Shown piece by piece: positions 18,001-25,440 of a DNA stretch of 32,000 nucleotides. The notes below the pieces were generated by a model, which had not been told where the DNA came from, searched no databases, and worked only from the letters and a program-made list of their open reading frames with translations. Position 1 is the stretch's first letter; every line of letters begins with the position of its first letter. The translations under genes were made by a program, and so were the position numbers. This stretch comes from Mycolicibacterium smegmatis (GTDB lineage Bacteria; Actinomycetota; Actinomycetes; Mycobacteriales; Mycobacteriaceae): assembly GCF_001457595.1 (NCBI RefSeq), contig NZ_LN831039.1:360001-392000 (forward strand), in the 5' to 3' direction.

Positions 18001-19327
18001 CCAGGACCCGGCCCCGGTCGGTGTTGTGCTCGTCGAGCCACGCGGCCGCGTCATGCCAGTGCTGCGGGATCGCGGTGAACGAGCCGGGCGGCGTCAGGCG
18101 CGCTGTCCACGCCAGCGACGTGCCCGCCGCGAGCGCCGAGAGGACGACGATCGCGACCGCGACCCGCTTGTCGCGTTCCGGATGCGCGAACGCGCTGACC
18201 CACACCGCCCGCGGCGCACTGCCGGGCAGCGGGATCCGCCCTAGCAGGTGCACCAGGCCCAGCGCCAGCGGCAGCCGGATCACCGGTTCCAGTTTCGCGA
18301 GGTTGCGCAGCGGGGTGCCCGAGCCGTCCAGGAACGCCTGCACCTGAAGCGCGACCGGCGAACCGAGCCCACCCGAATAGCCGAGGCCCAGCAGCACCAC
18401 GCCGATCAACAGCATGGTGATCAGCCGGCCGCGGGCAGGCATGGTCCGCAGCGCGAGCCCAGCCAGTCCGGCCGCGGCCACGACCGTGGTGGCGAGCACC
18501 GCGGTCGTGCTGGTCACCAGCGACGCGCCTGCAGTCGCCGACGGCGCGACGAACGGCGTCCAGCTCATGGTGCCGCGCAGCATCTCGGTGAGTGACATCC
18601 ACTGCGTCGTCACGCCCGACGACTCGATGAAGTCGAGGAACGGCGGGCTGATGCGGCCCAGCATGAGCAGCGCCACCACCCACCACGTGACGGCGAGCGC
18701 ACCGCACAGCAGCCACCACGCCGTGAACCGCCACCACAGCCGGTTCGGGCGGTGGCATGCCCACCAGATCACCGCGGCCAGACATCCCGTGAGGGTCGCG
18801 ACGGCGTTGACGGCACCCATGAGTGCGACCGCACCGGCCGAGCGGGCCGCCATGAGGCGCACCGAATGCTGCCCGCGCAGGGCCAGGATGACCGGCAACA
18901 GAACCCACGGCGCCAGCATCATCGGCAGGGTCTCCGACGAGATCGCGCCGAGCGTCGTGAGCACCCGCGGCGACAGCGCGAACGCGGCCGCCCCGATCAG
19001 CCGCGACGGGGTGCTGCCGATCCCCAGTGCTTCGGCCACACGCAGCACACCCCAGAACCCGACCGTCAGCAGCAGCGCCCACCACAGGCGCTGCGTGACC
19101 CAGCCGGGAACCCCCAGCACATCGCCGAGCAGGAAGAACGTGCCGTGCGGGAACAGGTAGCCGTAGGCCTGGTTCTGCGCCTGCCCGAACGGCAGGTCGC
19201 TGTTCCACAGATTGAACGCACGGGCCAGAAACCGCAGCGGGTTCGCCGTGAGGTCGAGTTTCGTGTCGGGTGAGATCTGTCCCGGTGACTGGGCGAATGT
19301 CAGGACGAGTGTCGCCGCGGCGACCAC
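15083..19327 (-). CDS. aftD: arabinofuranosyltransferase AftD (GT-C membrane glycosyltransferase with large periplasmic carbohydrate-binding region)
   Basis: The 1414-aa ORF has an N-terminal multi-TM GT-C region beginning ...SPDTKLDLTANPLRFLARAFNLWNSDLPFGQAQNQAYGYLFPHG. A large soluble middle region and C-terminal TM helices follow. Size, and position between the R2lox gene and the Rv0236A-like/lpqI genes, match Rv0236c. Confidence 0.9.
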   Translation of the reverse strand: MVAAATLVLTFAQSPGQISPDTKLDLTANPLRFLARAFNLWNSDLPFGQAQNQAYGYLFPHGTFFLLGDVLGVPGWVTQRLWWALLLTVGFWGVLRVAEALGIGSTPSRLIGAAAFALSPRVLTTLGAISSETLPMMLAPWVLLPVILALRGQHSVRLMAARSAGAVALMGAVNAVATLTGCLAAVIWWACHRPNRLWWRFTAWWLLCGALAVTWWVVALLMLGRISPPFLDFIESSGVTTQWMSLTEMLRGTMSWTPFVAPSATAGASLVTSTTAVLATTVVAAAGLAGLALRTMPARGRLITMLLIGVVLLGLGYSGGLGSPVALQVQAFLDGSGTPLRNLAKLEPVIRLPLALGLVHLLGRIPLPGSAPRAVWVSAFAHPERDKRVAVAIVVLSALAAGTSLAWTARLTPPGSFTAIPQHWHDAAAWLDEHNTDRGRVLVAPGAPFATQVWGNSHDEPLQVLGDNPWGVRDSIPLTPPETIRALDSVQRLFASGRPSPGLADTLARQGISYVVVRNDLDPDTSRSARPILVHRAVEGSPGLTKVAEFGDPVGPGTLEGFVADSGLRPRYPAVEIFRVEPADAGSSQQRSPMHPYLVDSDAMTRVAGAPEALLRLDERRRLNGEPPLGPMLLAADARRAGLPVDGVIVTDTPTAREIDYGRVDDHASAIRTPDDARHTYNRVPDYPSDGADLVYGKWTGGRLSVSSSAADSTALPYVAPATGPAAAIDSDSSTAWVSNALQAAVGQWLQVDFDHPVTNATLTITPSATAVGAQVRRIEIATATGTSSLRFDTAGKPLTIPLPVGETPWVRVTAVATDDGSPGVQFGVTDLAITQYDASGFAHPVTLRHTVEVPGPPAGSVVQQWDLGTELLGRPGCADSPVGVRCAAAMALASEEPVNLSRTLTVPQDTEVQPTVWIRGRQGPNLADLVAQPDTTRAFGDSDPIDVLGSAYAATDGDPRTSWTAPQRVVQFQTPPTLTLKLPRPTEVSGMRIVPGDTEPPAHPTLVAIDLGDGPQMHRLPADGEPRTVTLKPRVTDTVTVSLLAWNDIIDRTSLGFDQLKPPGLAELTVLDGRGAPVGAADAAKNRSRAVALPCGQGPIIAVAGQFIQTSVHTTVGALLDGEPIPARPCRSEPVKLPAGQQELVVSPGAAFIVDGVELPTPAADEIRSAPTTSAETGTWTADRREVRVSAAAQQRVLVVPESVNRGWSAHDPAGAELQSVTVNGWQQGWVVPAGTEGTVTLTFASNMPYRVGLIGGLALLPLLALLALIPVRRPVRAAAPARPWNPGPVLTGAAALVAGTAISGVAGLLVVGAAMGVRILLNRRGAAGEKVWDNVTVVVAAGGLILAGSVLSQYPWRSVDGYVGHTPGVQFLALLSVAFLAASAVRLVNRPEPSEDGRSAKPEHTGASAHAG

Positions 19328-19361
19328 CCACAGCCAGCGCCGCGACAGCGGCGGGGCCGGA

Positions 19362-19535
19362 CTAAGAACGGTCGCCGTACTCGACCCGGTTGAGAACGGA
19401 GGACGCCGGATCGCCCGCTTGCAGAGGAGGCTTTGTGTCCTGCTGCACCATCAGCGTCACTCCGAAGACGGCGGCCGCGCCCAGCAACAGGCCGACCACA
19501 ATGCTGGCCGCAGAGGGTACGACGAACCGGTTCAC
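19362..19535 (-). CDS. small membrane-anchored/secreted protein, DUF2613 (Rv0236A-like), 57 aa
   Basis: Below the ORF-track size cut-off and found by hand. GTG (complement of 19533-19535) gives MNRFVVPSAASIVVGLLLGAAAVFGVTLMVQQDTKPPLQAGDPASSVLNRVEYGDRS, ending at TAG (complement of 19362-19364). It has one TM/signal-like helix and ends 34 nt before the aftD start, matching the Rv0236A-aftD arrangement. Confidence 0.65.
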   Translation of the reverse strand: MNRFVVPSAASIVVGLLLGAAAVFGVTLMVQQDTKPPLQAGDPASSVLNRVEYGDRS

Positions 19536-19583
19536 CCGGCCAACCTAACACGGCGACAGCAATGCCCATGACGTCCCAGCGAA

Positions 19584-19622
19584 GGTGCCGGGCCCCAAAA
19601 GATCGATTCCGGCCCGGGCACC
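19584..19622. promoter_or_regulatory. imperfect inverted repeat GGTGCCGGGCC-N16-GGCCCGGGCACC upstream of lpqI; candidate operator or RNA stem
   Basis: Read directly: 11 matched arm positions with a 1-nt bulge in the 12-nt right arm. The spacer contains GATCGAT. It lies just upstream of a TAGGGT -10-like hexamer (19626-19631) and the lpqI ATG at 19640. Confidence 0.3.
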
Positions 19623-19639
19623 GGCTAGGGTCGGGGCCC

Positions 19640-20803
19640 ATGGCTTCACCGCGTCTGCTCGCGACGTTCGTAGCGCTGTCCGGACTGTTGCTGGCCTGCT
19701 CGCCGGCCGCGCCGCCCGACGCAGGCCCCTCAACTGGGCCTTCCGGTTCGCCCGACATGCAGCCCATGGCCACCACCGCGCCGCTTCTCGAGGCCCCCGC
19801 GACGTGTGACCTCGCCGCGCTGCCCGCCCGCGACAAGCTCGCCCAGTTGCTCACGGTCGGCGTGACCGACGCCGCAGACGCGCGTGCCGTCGTAGCGGAT
19901 CACCACGTCGGCGGCATCATGATCGGCAGCTGGACGGACCTGTCGATGCTCACCGACGGGTCTCTCGGCGACATCGCGGCGTCGGCGGCGCCGCTGCCGC
20001 TCGCGGTCAGCGTCGACGAAGAAGGCGGCCGGGTGTCGCGGCTGGCGTCGCTGATCGGCAGCCAGCCCTCGGCCCGTGAGCTCGCGCGCACCAAGACCGC
20101 CGACGAGGTGTACGGCATCGCGCTCGACCGCGGCCGCAAGATGCGCGACCTGGGTGTCACGGTCGACTTCGCACCCGTCGTCGACGTCACCGACGCCGCG
20201 GCCGACACCGTGATCGGGGATCGCTCGTTCGGCTCCGATCCCGCGGTCGTCACCGAGTACGCAGGCGCCTACGCGCGTGGCCTGCGCGACGCGGGCGTGC
20301 TGCCGGTGCTCAAGCACTTCCCGGGCCACGGCCACGCCTCGGGTGACTCCCACACCGGTGGGGTCACCACGCCGCCGCTCGATGTCCTGATGGGTGACGA
20401 TCTCGTGCCGTACCGCACGCTCACCGGGCAGGCGCCGGTCGCGGTCATGGTCGGCCACATGCAGGTACCGGGCCTGACCGGTTCCGATCCGGCGAGCCTG
20501 AGCCCCGCCGCCTACAACCTGCTGCGCTCGGGTGGCTACGGCGGCCCGGGTTTCGGCGGCCTGGTCTACACCGACGATCTGTCCAGCATGGGCGCCATCA
20601 ACCAGCGCTACGGCGTCGCCGACGCCGTGCTGCGGGCCCTGCAGGCCGGCGCCGACAACGCGCTGTGGATCACCACGGCCGAGGTGCCCGCGGTGCTCGA
20701 CCGGCTCGAGCAGGCGCTGGCGTCCGGCGAGCTGAACCAGGGCGCGGTGGACGCCTCGCTGCAGCGCAACGCCGCGGTCAAGGGCCCGCTGCGCTGCGGC
20801 TGA
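19640..20803 (+). CDS. lpqI: lipoprotein LpqI, GH3 beta-N-acetylhexosaminidase (NagZ-like)
   Basis: Track ORF is 19433..20803. The start is placed at ATG 19640, giving MASPRLLATFVALSGLLLAC with a perfect lipobox (LLAC). The GH3/NagZ catalytic region is KHFPGHGHASGDSHTG. The resulting 387 aa matches Rv0237 in size. Confidence 0.85.
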   Translation: MASPRLLATFVALSGLLLACSPAAPPDAGPSTGPSGSPDMQPMATTAPLLEAPATCDLAALPARDKLAQLLTVGVTDAADARAVVADHHVGGIMIGSWTDLSMLTDGSLGDIAASAAPLPLAVSVDEEGGRVSRLASLIGSQPSARELARTKTADEVYGIALDRGRKMRDLGVTVDFAPVVDVTDAAADTVIGDRSFGSDPAVVTEYAGAYARGLRDAGVLPVLKHFPGHGHASGDSHTGGVTTPPLDVLMGDDLVPYRTLTGQAPVAVMVGHMQVPGLTGSDPASLSPAAYNLLRSGGYGGPGFGGLVYTDDLSSMGAINQRYGVADAVLRALQAGADNALWITTAEVPAVLDRLEQALASGELNQGAVDASLQRNAAVKGPLRCG

Positions 20804-20814
20804 CGCCGCCCGGT

Positions 20815-21978
20815 TCACCGACCGAGCCCGTACACCCGCGCGGCGTTCTGCGCGCCGATCAGCTCGACGATCCTGATCGCGTCGATCTCCGTACAGTCCC
20901 CGGCCCGCACCCACCCGCCGAGCACCAGCCCCATCGCGCGGCGCCACAGCACCGACCCCAGCAGATGCAGTTCGGGCGGTCCGTACGCGTCCGACGAGTA
21001 CAGCTGCTTGGCGAACGGCGCCGTCTCCAGCGCCTCGGCGACCAGCCCGACCGATCGTGTGCCTAGGTGGTTCACGGCCAGGCCGACGTCGAAGTGCACG
21101 TGGTCGAACGCCTGCGCGAGGTAACCGGCCTGGCGGTGGAACGGATAGCAGTGCAACAGCAGCACCGGGACCGGGGCCATGCAACGCAACAACGGCAACA
21201 GCAACAGCGGGTCGGTGCGGTGCAGGTCCAGGTCGCGATCCCCGAACCCGACATGCACCTGCACGGGGAGGCCGCGTTCGGCGGCCTCGTGCACGCCGAA
21301 CGCGACGAGCACCGGATCCTGCAGCCGCAGCGGTCCCGGTCCGTCGGCCGCCGCGCGGGCACGAGCGGCCACGTCGTCGTCACCCGGCCGCGCCCAGTCG
21401 ATGTCGAAACCCGTGCGGTAGGCGGCGATGGTCTTGGCGCCCACGATGTCCGTCGACTGTGCGGCGGCGTCCAGCGCGCTGCGGAAGAGGTCGGCGAAAG
21501 TATCTGCACCAGAATCGGATTCGAGAATATCCTCGGCCAGCCGCTCGAGCCGCAAAATCGCCGAGGCGGGCCGGCCGCTGAGCGCCGCGAGCCGTTCGGG
21601 CGTGGTGATGCTGTCCGCCGCGAAGCCCGTGTCGACGATCCAGTGTTCCACGCCTGCGTGTGCGAGCAGGGTCGACGACAGCTCTTCCGGCTCCAACTCG
21701 CTGCGCCGGGCGAAGTACTCGTCGGCACCCGCGTGCGCGGGCAGCCCAAGAACCGGTGCGCACCAACGCCGGATCGACAAGCCGAGCGGCGAGTCGAACT
21801 GGGTCATGAAATCCGGCACCGGAGCGGTCGAGGCCTCGTTGATCGATGCCTCGAACTCGGCGCGGCCGACGCGTACGGCGCTCGCGCCGTGGACGTGGTG
21901 ATCGATCAGACCGACCGTGCGCAGACGTTCGGCCAGTTCGTCGGGCACCTCGTTCGTGACCCCGTCGAAGACGTCCAT
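20815..21978 (-). CDS. metal-dependent amidohydrolase-family protein (amidohydrolase_2-like)
   Basis: The 387-aa ORF has the N-terminal HxH metal motif (LIDHHVHG). Downstream His/Asp positions (VQVHVGFGD, LLLHCYPF, YSSDAYG) fit a TIM-barrel hydrolase. It is divergent from a TetR gene. Confidence 0.75.
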   Translation of the reverse strand: MDVFDGVTNEVPDELAERLRTVGLIDHHVHGASAVRVGRAEFEASINEASTAPVPDFMTQFDSPLGLSIRRWCAPVLGLPAHAGADEYFARRSELEPEELSSTLLAHAGVEHWIVDTGFAADSITTPERLAALSGRPASAILRLERLAEDILESDSGADTFADLFRSALDAAAQSTDIVGAKTIAAYRTGFDIDWARPGDDDVAARARAAADGPGPLRLQDPVLVAFGVHEAAERGLPVQVHVGFGDRDLDLHRTDPLLLLPLLRCMAPVPVLLLHCYPFHRQAGYLAQAFDHVHFDVGLAVNHLGTRSVGLVAEALETAPFAKQLYSSDAYGPPELHLLGSVLWRRAMGLVLGGWVRAGDCTEIDAIRIVELIGAQNAARVYGLGR

Positions 21979-22028
21979 GCTCCCAGTATCGGGTCAGGCG
22001 TTTCCGGTGGGCGGGTTACCCTGTGGGG

Positions 22029-22661
22029 ATGGCAGGTGGAACCAAGCGGCTGCCGCGCGCCGTGCGTGAGCAACAGATGCTCGATGCGGCCGTGCAGATG
22101 TTCTCGGTGAACGGCTACCACGAGACATCCATGGATGCGATCGCCGCGGCGGCCGAGATCTCGAAGCCGATGCTGTACCTGTACTACGGCTCGAAAGAGG
22201 AACTGTTCGGGGCCTGTCTCGACCGTGAACTGAGCCGTTTCGTCGACACCGTGCGCGGCCAGATCGACTTCAGCCAGAGCCCCAAGGAACTGCTGCGCAC
22301 CGCGGTGCTGGCGTTCCTCACCTACATCGACCGCAACCGGGCCTCGTGGATGGTGCTCTACACGCAGGCGACCAGTTCGCAGGCGTTCGCGCACACCGTG
22401 CGTGAAGGGCGCGAACGCATCATCGACCTGGTGGCCCGTCTGCTCAGCACCGGCACACGTAACCCCCAGCCCGACAGCGACTTCGAGATGATGGCGGTCG
22501 CGCTGGTCGGCGCGGGGGAGGCGATCGCCACCCGGGTCAGCACGGGCGACGCCGACGTCGACGAGGCGGCCGAACTGATGATCAACCTGTTCTGGCGCGG
22601 TCTGAAGGGCACGCCGTCCGACGCCGGGACCCCGCCGGTGTCGGCGGGAAGCTCGGGATAG
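22029..22661 (+). CDS. TetR/AcrR-family transcriptional regulator (Rv0238-like)
   Basis: The TetR HTH is REQQMLDAAVQMFSVNGYHETSMDAIAAAAEISKPMLYLYYGSKEELF. The track start is GTG 22023. ATG 22029 is preferred because TACCCT (22017-22022) lies exactly 6 nt upstream, a leaderless-type arrangement. Confidence 0.85.
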   Translation: MAGGTKRLPRAVREQQMLDAAVQMFSVNGYHETSMDAIAAAAEISKPMLYLYYGSKEELFGACLDRELSRFVDTVRGQIDFSQSPKELLRTAVLAFLTYIDRNRASWMVLYTQATSSQAFAHTVREGRERIIDLVARLLSTGTRNPQPDSDFEMMAVALVGAGEAIATRVSTGDADVDEAAELMINLFWRGLKGTPSDAGTPPVSAGSSG

Positions 22662-22727
22662 CCGGTTCTCCACAGGCCGAGAAAATTGCCGCACGGGCGC
22701 GGTCATAAGTGGCGTTAGGCTGCTGGA

Positions 22728-23027
22728 GTGGGCTCACCGCTGAAAGTTGCTCCAGGTCAACTGCGCTCGGCCGCCGCGGAAGAGGTCGCGCTCGGCACGG
22801 CCGTCGCGGCCCTCGGTGTCGGAGATCTGCTGAGTGCCGCGGTCGCAGCGCTGCCGCGCCTGCAGAGCGGCAAGGCCTGCGGACATGCCGCGGTGATCGT
22901 GGATGCGGCGGTCAAGGCCGCCGCCGACGAGGTCGCCGCCCACGCGGACAAGCTGTCGGCGGCCGCCGCGGCCTACGAAGGCACCGACTGTGCGCAGGCA
23001 CACCGGCTGATCCGAACCATGGACTGA
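22728..23027 (+). CDS. small alanine-rich helical protein, EspC/DUF2580-like (type VII secretion target-like)
   Basis: The 99-aa ORF begins MGSPLKVAPGQLRSAAAEEV..., the xLxVxPxxL opening typical of ESX-secretion-associated small proteins. It ends ...AAAYEGTDCAQAHRLI. The stop is 2 nt before the next gene's ATG. TAGGCT (22716-22721) lies 6 nt upstream of the GTG. The family call is from pattern recognition only. Confidence 0.55.
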   Translation: MGSPLKVAPGQLRSAAAEEVALGTAVAALGVGDLLSAAVAALPRLQSGKACGHAAVIVDAAVKAAADEVAAHADKLSAAAAAYEGTDCAQAHRLIRTMD

Positions 23028-23029
23028 CC

Positions 23030-24910
23030 ATGCCGGGTTCCATCTCCGAGGTCCGCTCGTCCGACCCGGATGCGCTCGTGCGGGCGGGCACCGACATCGG
23101 CAACCGCGCGGGCCTGCTGCAAACCCAGATGGACCGGCAGCAGGCGGTCATCGACGATCTGCGCCGCGGGTGGAACGGCGCGTCGGCCGACGCCGCGATC
23201 GAAAGCGCCGAACGGTCGCTGCAGCACATGCGGCGGTTGCACGATTCGCTCACCACGCTGCAGTCTGCGCTGCAGACCGGCGGTGCCGACCTGGCGCAGC
23301 AGCGCGACCGGATCGTGAACCACGTCGACCAGTTGCACGCGCAGGGGTGGCAGGTCGCCGACGACGGCACGGTGTCGATCCGCCCCGGCAGCGTGCTGGA
23401 CTTCTTCGCCAAGGTCAGCCCGGTGCAACGCGTGATGCTCGAGGCGCTCGCCGCTCGGGCTTCGGCCGAACTCAAGGCGATGCTGGCGCAGTTCGACGCC
23501 ACCGATGTGACTGTGGGAGCGCAGATCCGCGACGCGGTCGCGGGACTGACCGCCCACGGGCCCGCGCCCGCGTCGCTCCCGCCGAACAACGCCAAGGCGC
23601 TCGTGGACCGCCTCGCGGGCATGACGCCCGACGAGCGCCGGGAGTTCCTCGCGGGGTTGAGCCCCGAGACCGTGCACGAGATGGTGCTCGCCGATCCGGA
23701 GACCATGGGCAACACCGACGGCGTGCCGTTCGAGACCCGCATCGAGGCCAATGACATCAACATCCGCAACGCCCTTGAGGAGGAGTTGGCCAAGCCGTCG
23801 CCCGATCAGGCCAGGGTGCAGCAGTTACAGGCCATGCTGACCCCGATCAAGGATCCGGCGGGAACCGGAAAACTGGTGCCGCGCAAGTTCGTTGCGTTTT
23901 CGCCGGACGGCAACGGGCGCATGATCGAGATGATCGGGGAGATCAGGCCGGGCATCAAGGGCGTCGGCGTCGTGGTGCCGGGCACCAACACGAACCTCAA
24001 CGGCAGCGGCTCGAATCACGCGTCGGCGGTGGAACTGTCCAAACAGTCCGGGTCTCCGGTGTTCCTCTACATGGACGGTGACTTCCCGCAGGGCCTGGAC
24101 AAGGCGGCCGACCCGGCCTACGCGGCGTCGATGGCGCCGAAACTCGTGTCGTTCGGCCACGAGATCGACAGCGAGGTGGGCATCGGCGCTCCCGACACCC
24201 CCGTCACCTACATCGGCCACTCCTACGGCGGCGCCATCGTCGGGACCGCCGAACAGATGGGGCTGCGCGCCGACCGTGTCCTGCATGCGTCGTCGGCAGG
24301 CACCGGGATCCTCAGCGGCGAGTACACCAACCCGAACCCCGATGTGCAGCGGTTCTCGATGACCGCACCGGGCGACCCGATCAGCCTTGTCCAGTCGTTG
24401 CCGCGCGACGTGGCGATCTCCAGTGTCCCGGGCGTCGATTCCATCCCGGGCATACCGCACAACACCGACGGACGGATCGGCAACCCGCTGGGCGGCCTGC
24501 CGTCGGCGACCGACCCGGACAACATCCCCGGCGTCACGCGGTTGGACACGGGTTACTACGGCGATGAGGGCGCGCATCCCAACCAGGTCATCGTCGGGCC
24601 GGATGGGCACGGAAAGTACTGGGACGACTACGATTCCGATGCGTTCAAGAACATGGTGGCGGTCATCAGCGGTGGCGAGGCGACCGGCTATGTGGAGCGC
24701 GGCATCGAAACCAACTACGTCGACATCGATCTCGGCGACGACGGCGACTTCCGTGACGAGGCCGCCGATCAGGCGAAGGCGGGCGCCGCGCCCAAGGTGC
24801 CCCGGCTGCCATGGGATGACAACGGAACCTACGAAAGGCGCCAGCATCCGTGGGATAATCCGCGCGTGACGGACAATCCTGGACTCGGGCCGCGGGTGCC
24901 GGTGAGATGA
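23030..24910 (+). CDS. WXG-type N-terminal helical domain fused to a DUF1023 alpha/beta hydrolase (putative T7SS-secreted hydrolase)
   Basis: Track ORF is 22709..24910. The real start is taken as ATG 23030 (MPGSISEVRSSDPDALVRAG...). The N-terminal ~100 aa form a helix-turn-helix with a W-x-G turn (DDLRRGWNGASADAA). The C-terminal half has the DUF1023 pattern (VGVVVPGTNTNL...) and the nucleophile elbow YIGHSYGGAIVG (GxSxG). 626 aa. Confidence 0.75.
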   Translation: MPGSISEVRSSDPDALVRAGTDIGNRAGLLQTQMDRQQAVIDDLRRGWNGASADAAIESAERSLQHMRRLHDSLTTLQSALQTGGADLAQQRDRIVNHVDQLHAQGWQVADDGTVSIRPGSVLDFFAKVSPVQRVMLEALAARASAELKAMLAQFDATDVTVGAQIRDAVAGLTAHGPAPASLPPNNAKALVDRLAGMTPDERREFLAGLSPETVHEMVLADPETMGNTDGVPFETRIEANDINIRNALEEELAKPSPDQARVQQLQAMLTPIKDPAGTGKLVPRKFVAFSPDGNGRMIEMIGEIRPGIKGVGVVVPGTNTNLNGSGSNHASAVELSKQSGSPVFLYMDGDFPQGLDKAADPAYAASMAPKLVSFGHEIDSEVGIGAPDTPVTYIGHSYGGAIVGTAEQMGLRADRVLHASSAGTGILSGEYTNPNPDVQRFSMTAPGDPISLVQSLPRDVAISSVPGVDSIPGIPHNTDGRIGNPLGGLPSATDPDNIPGVTRLDTGYYGDEGAHPNQVIVGPDGHGKYWDDYDSDAFKNMVAVISGGEATGYVERGIETNYVDIDLGDDGDFRDEAADQAKAGAAPKVPRLPWDDNGTYERRQHPWDNPRVTDNPGLGPRVPVR

Positions 24911-25434
24911 GGCTTCGCGCAGCAGTTTTCGTGACCGCGCTGATGTCTGTGGTGCTCATCGCCGCAGGCGCATGCGGGCCCTCAGGTGAGGATTCCACCG
25001 ACGAGAAGAAGGCTCAGCCCCCGATGACACCACCGACCGAGCTGACCGTCACCGAGGCCGCGCGCGTCGCGGCCGGTTACGTCTCGATGATCCTCGGAAA
25101 ACCCGTCGACCCCGACCCGGCCATGGCGCGCAAGATCGGCTGCCGCACCGACGATGCGCTGATGTCGGTGGGCCCGCCGTGGAAGGTGCAGGTCTACGAG
25201 TGGCTCGTCGACCCCGCGCCCGAACTCGTCGAAGGTGCGCTGACACGCATCGACACCCTGCTCGACGAGGGGTTCGAACCGATCCCGTCGGATCGGCCGG
25301 ACCAGGACTCACCCACCCACAAGGCCTACCGGGACGCGCGCGGCTACGTGGTCTCGGTCAAGGCCGAGACCACCGCGGGTGGTGTCTACGGGCTCGACGT
25401 GCACGCGACCTCGCCGTGCGCCGACGAGGGTTAG
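24907..25434 (+). CDS. putative lipoprotein (175 aa), start overlaps the upstream hydrolase stop
   Basis: MRLRAAVFVTALMSVVLIAAGACGPSGEDS is a signal peptide plus a lipobox-like AGAC. The ATG at 24907 overlaps the hydrolase TGA (ATGA, 24907-24910). No recognisable enzymatic motif. Confidence 0.7.
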   Translation: MRLRAAVFVTALMSVVLIAAGACGPSGEDSTDEKKAQPPMTPPTELTVTEAARVAAGYVSMILGKPVDPDPAMARKIGCRTDDALMSVGPPWKVQVYEWLVDPAPELVEGALTRIDTLLDEGFEPIPSDRPDQDSPTHKAYRDARGYVVSVKAETTAGGVYGLDVHATSPCADEG

Positions 25435-25440
25435 CCGCGA

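Noticed and set aside
19433-19639. The N-terminal 69 codons of the lpqI track ORF.
   Set aside because: The segment is R/P-rich and would bury the signal peptide and lipobox. ATG 19640 gives a canonical lipoprotein signal and the size expected for LpqI.
22709-23029. The N-terminal 107 codons of track ORF 22709..24910.
   Set aside because: The segment is R/G-rich and out of frame over the 99-aa EspC-like gene. ATG 23030, 2 nt after that gene's stop, gives a sensible WXG-type N-terminus.
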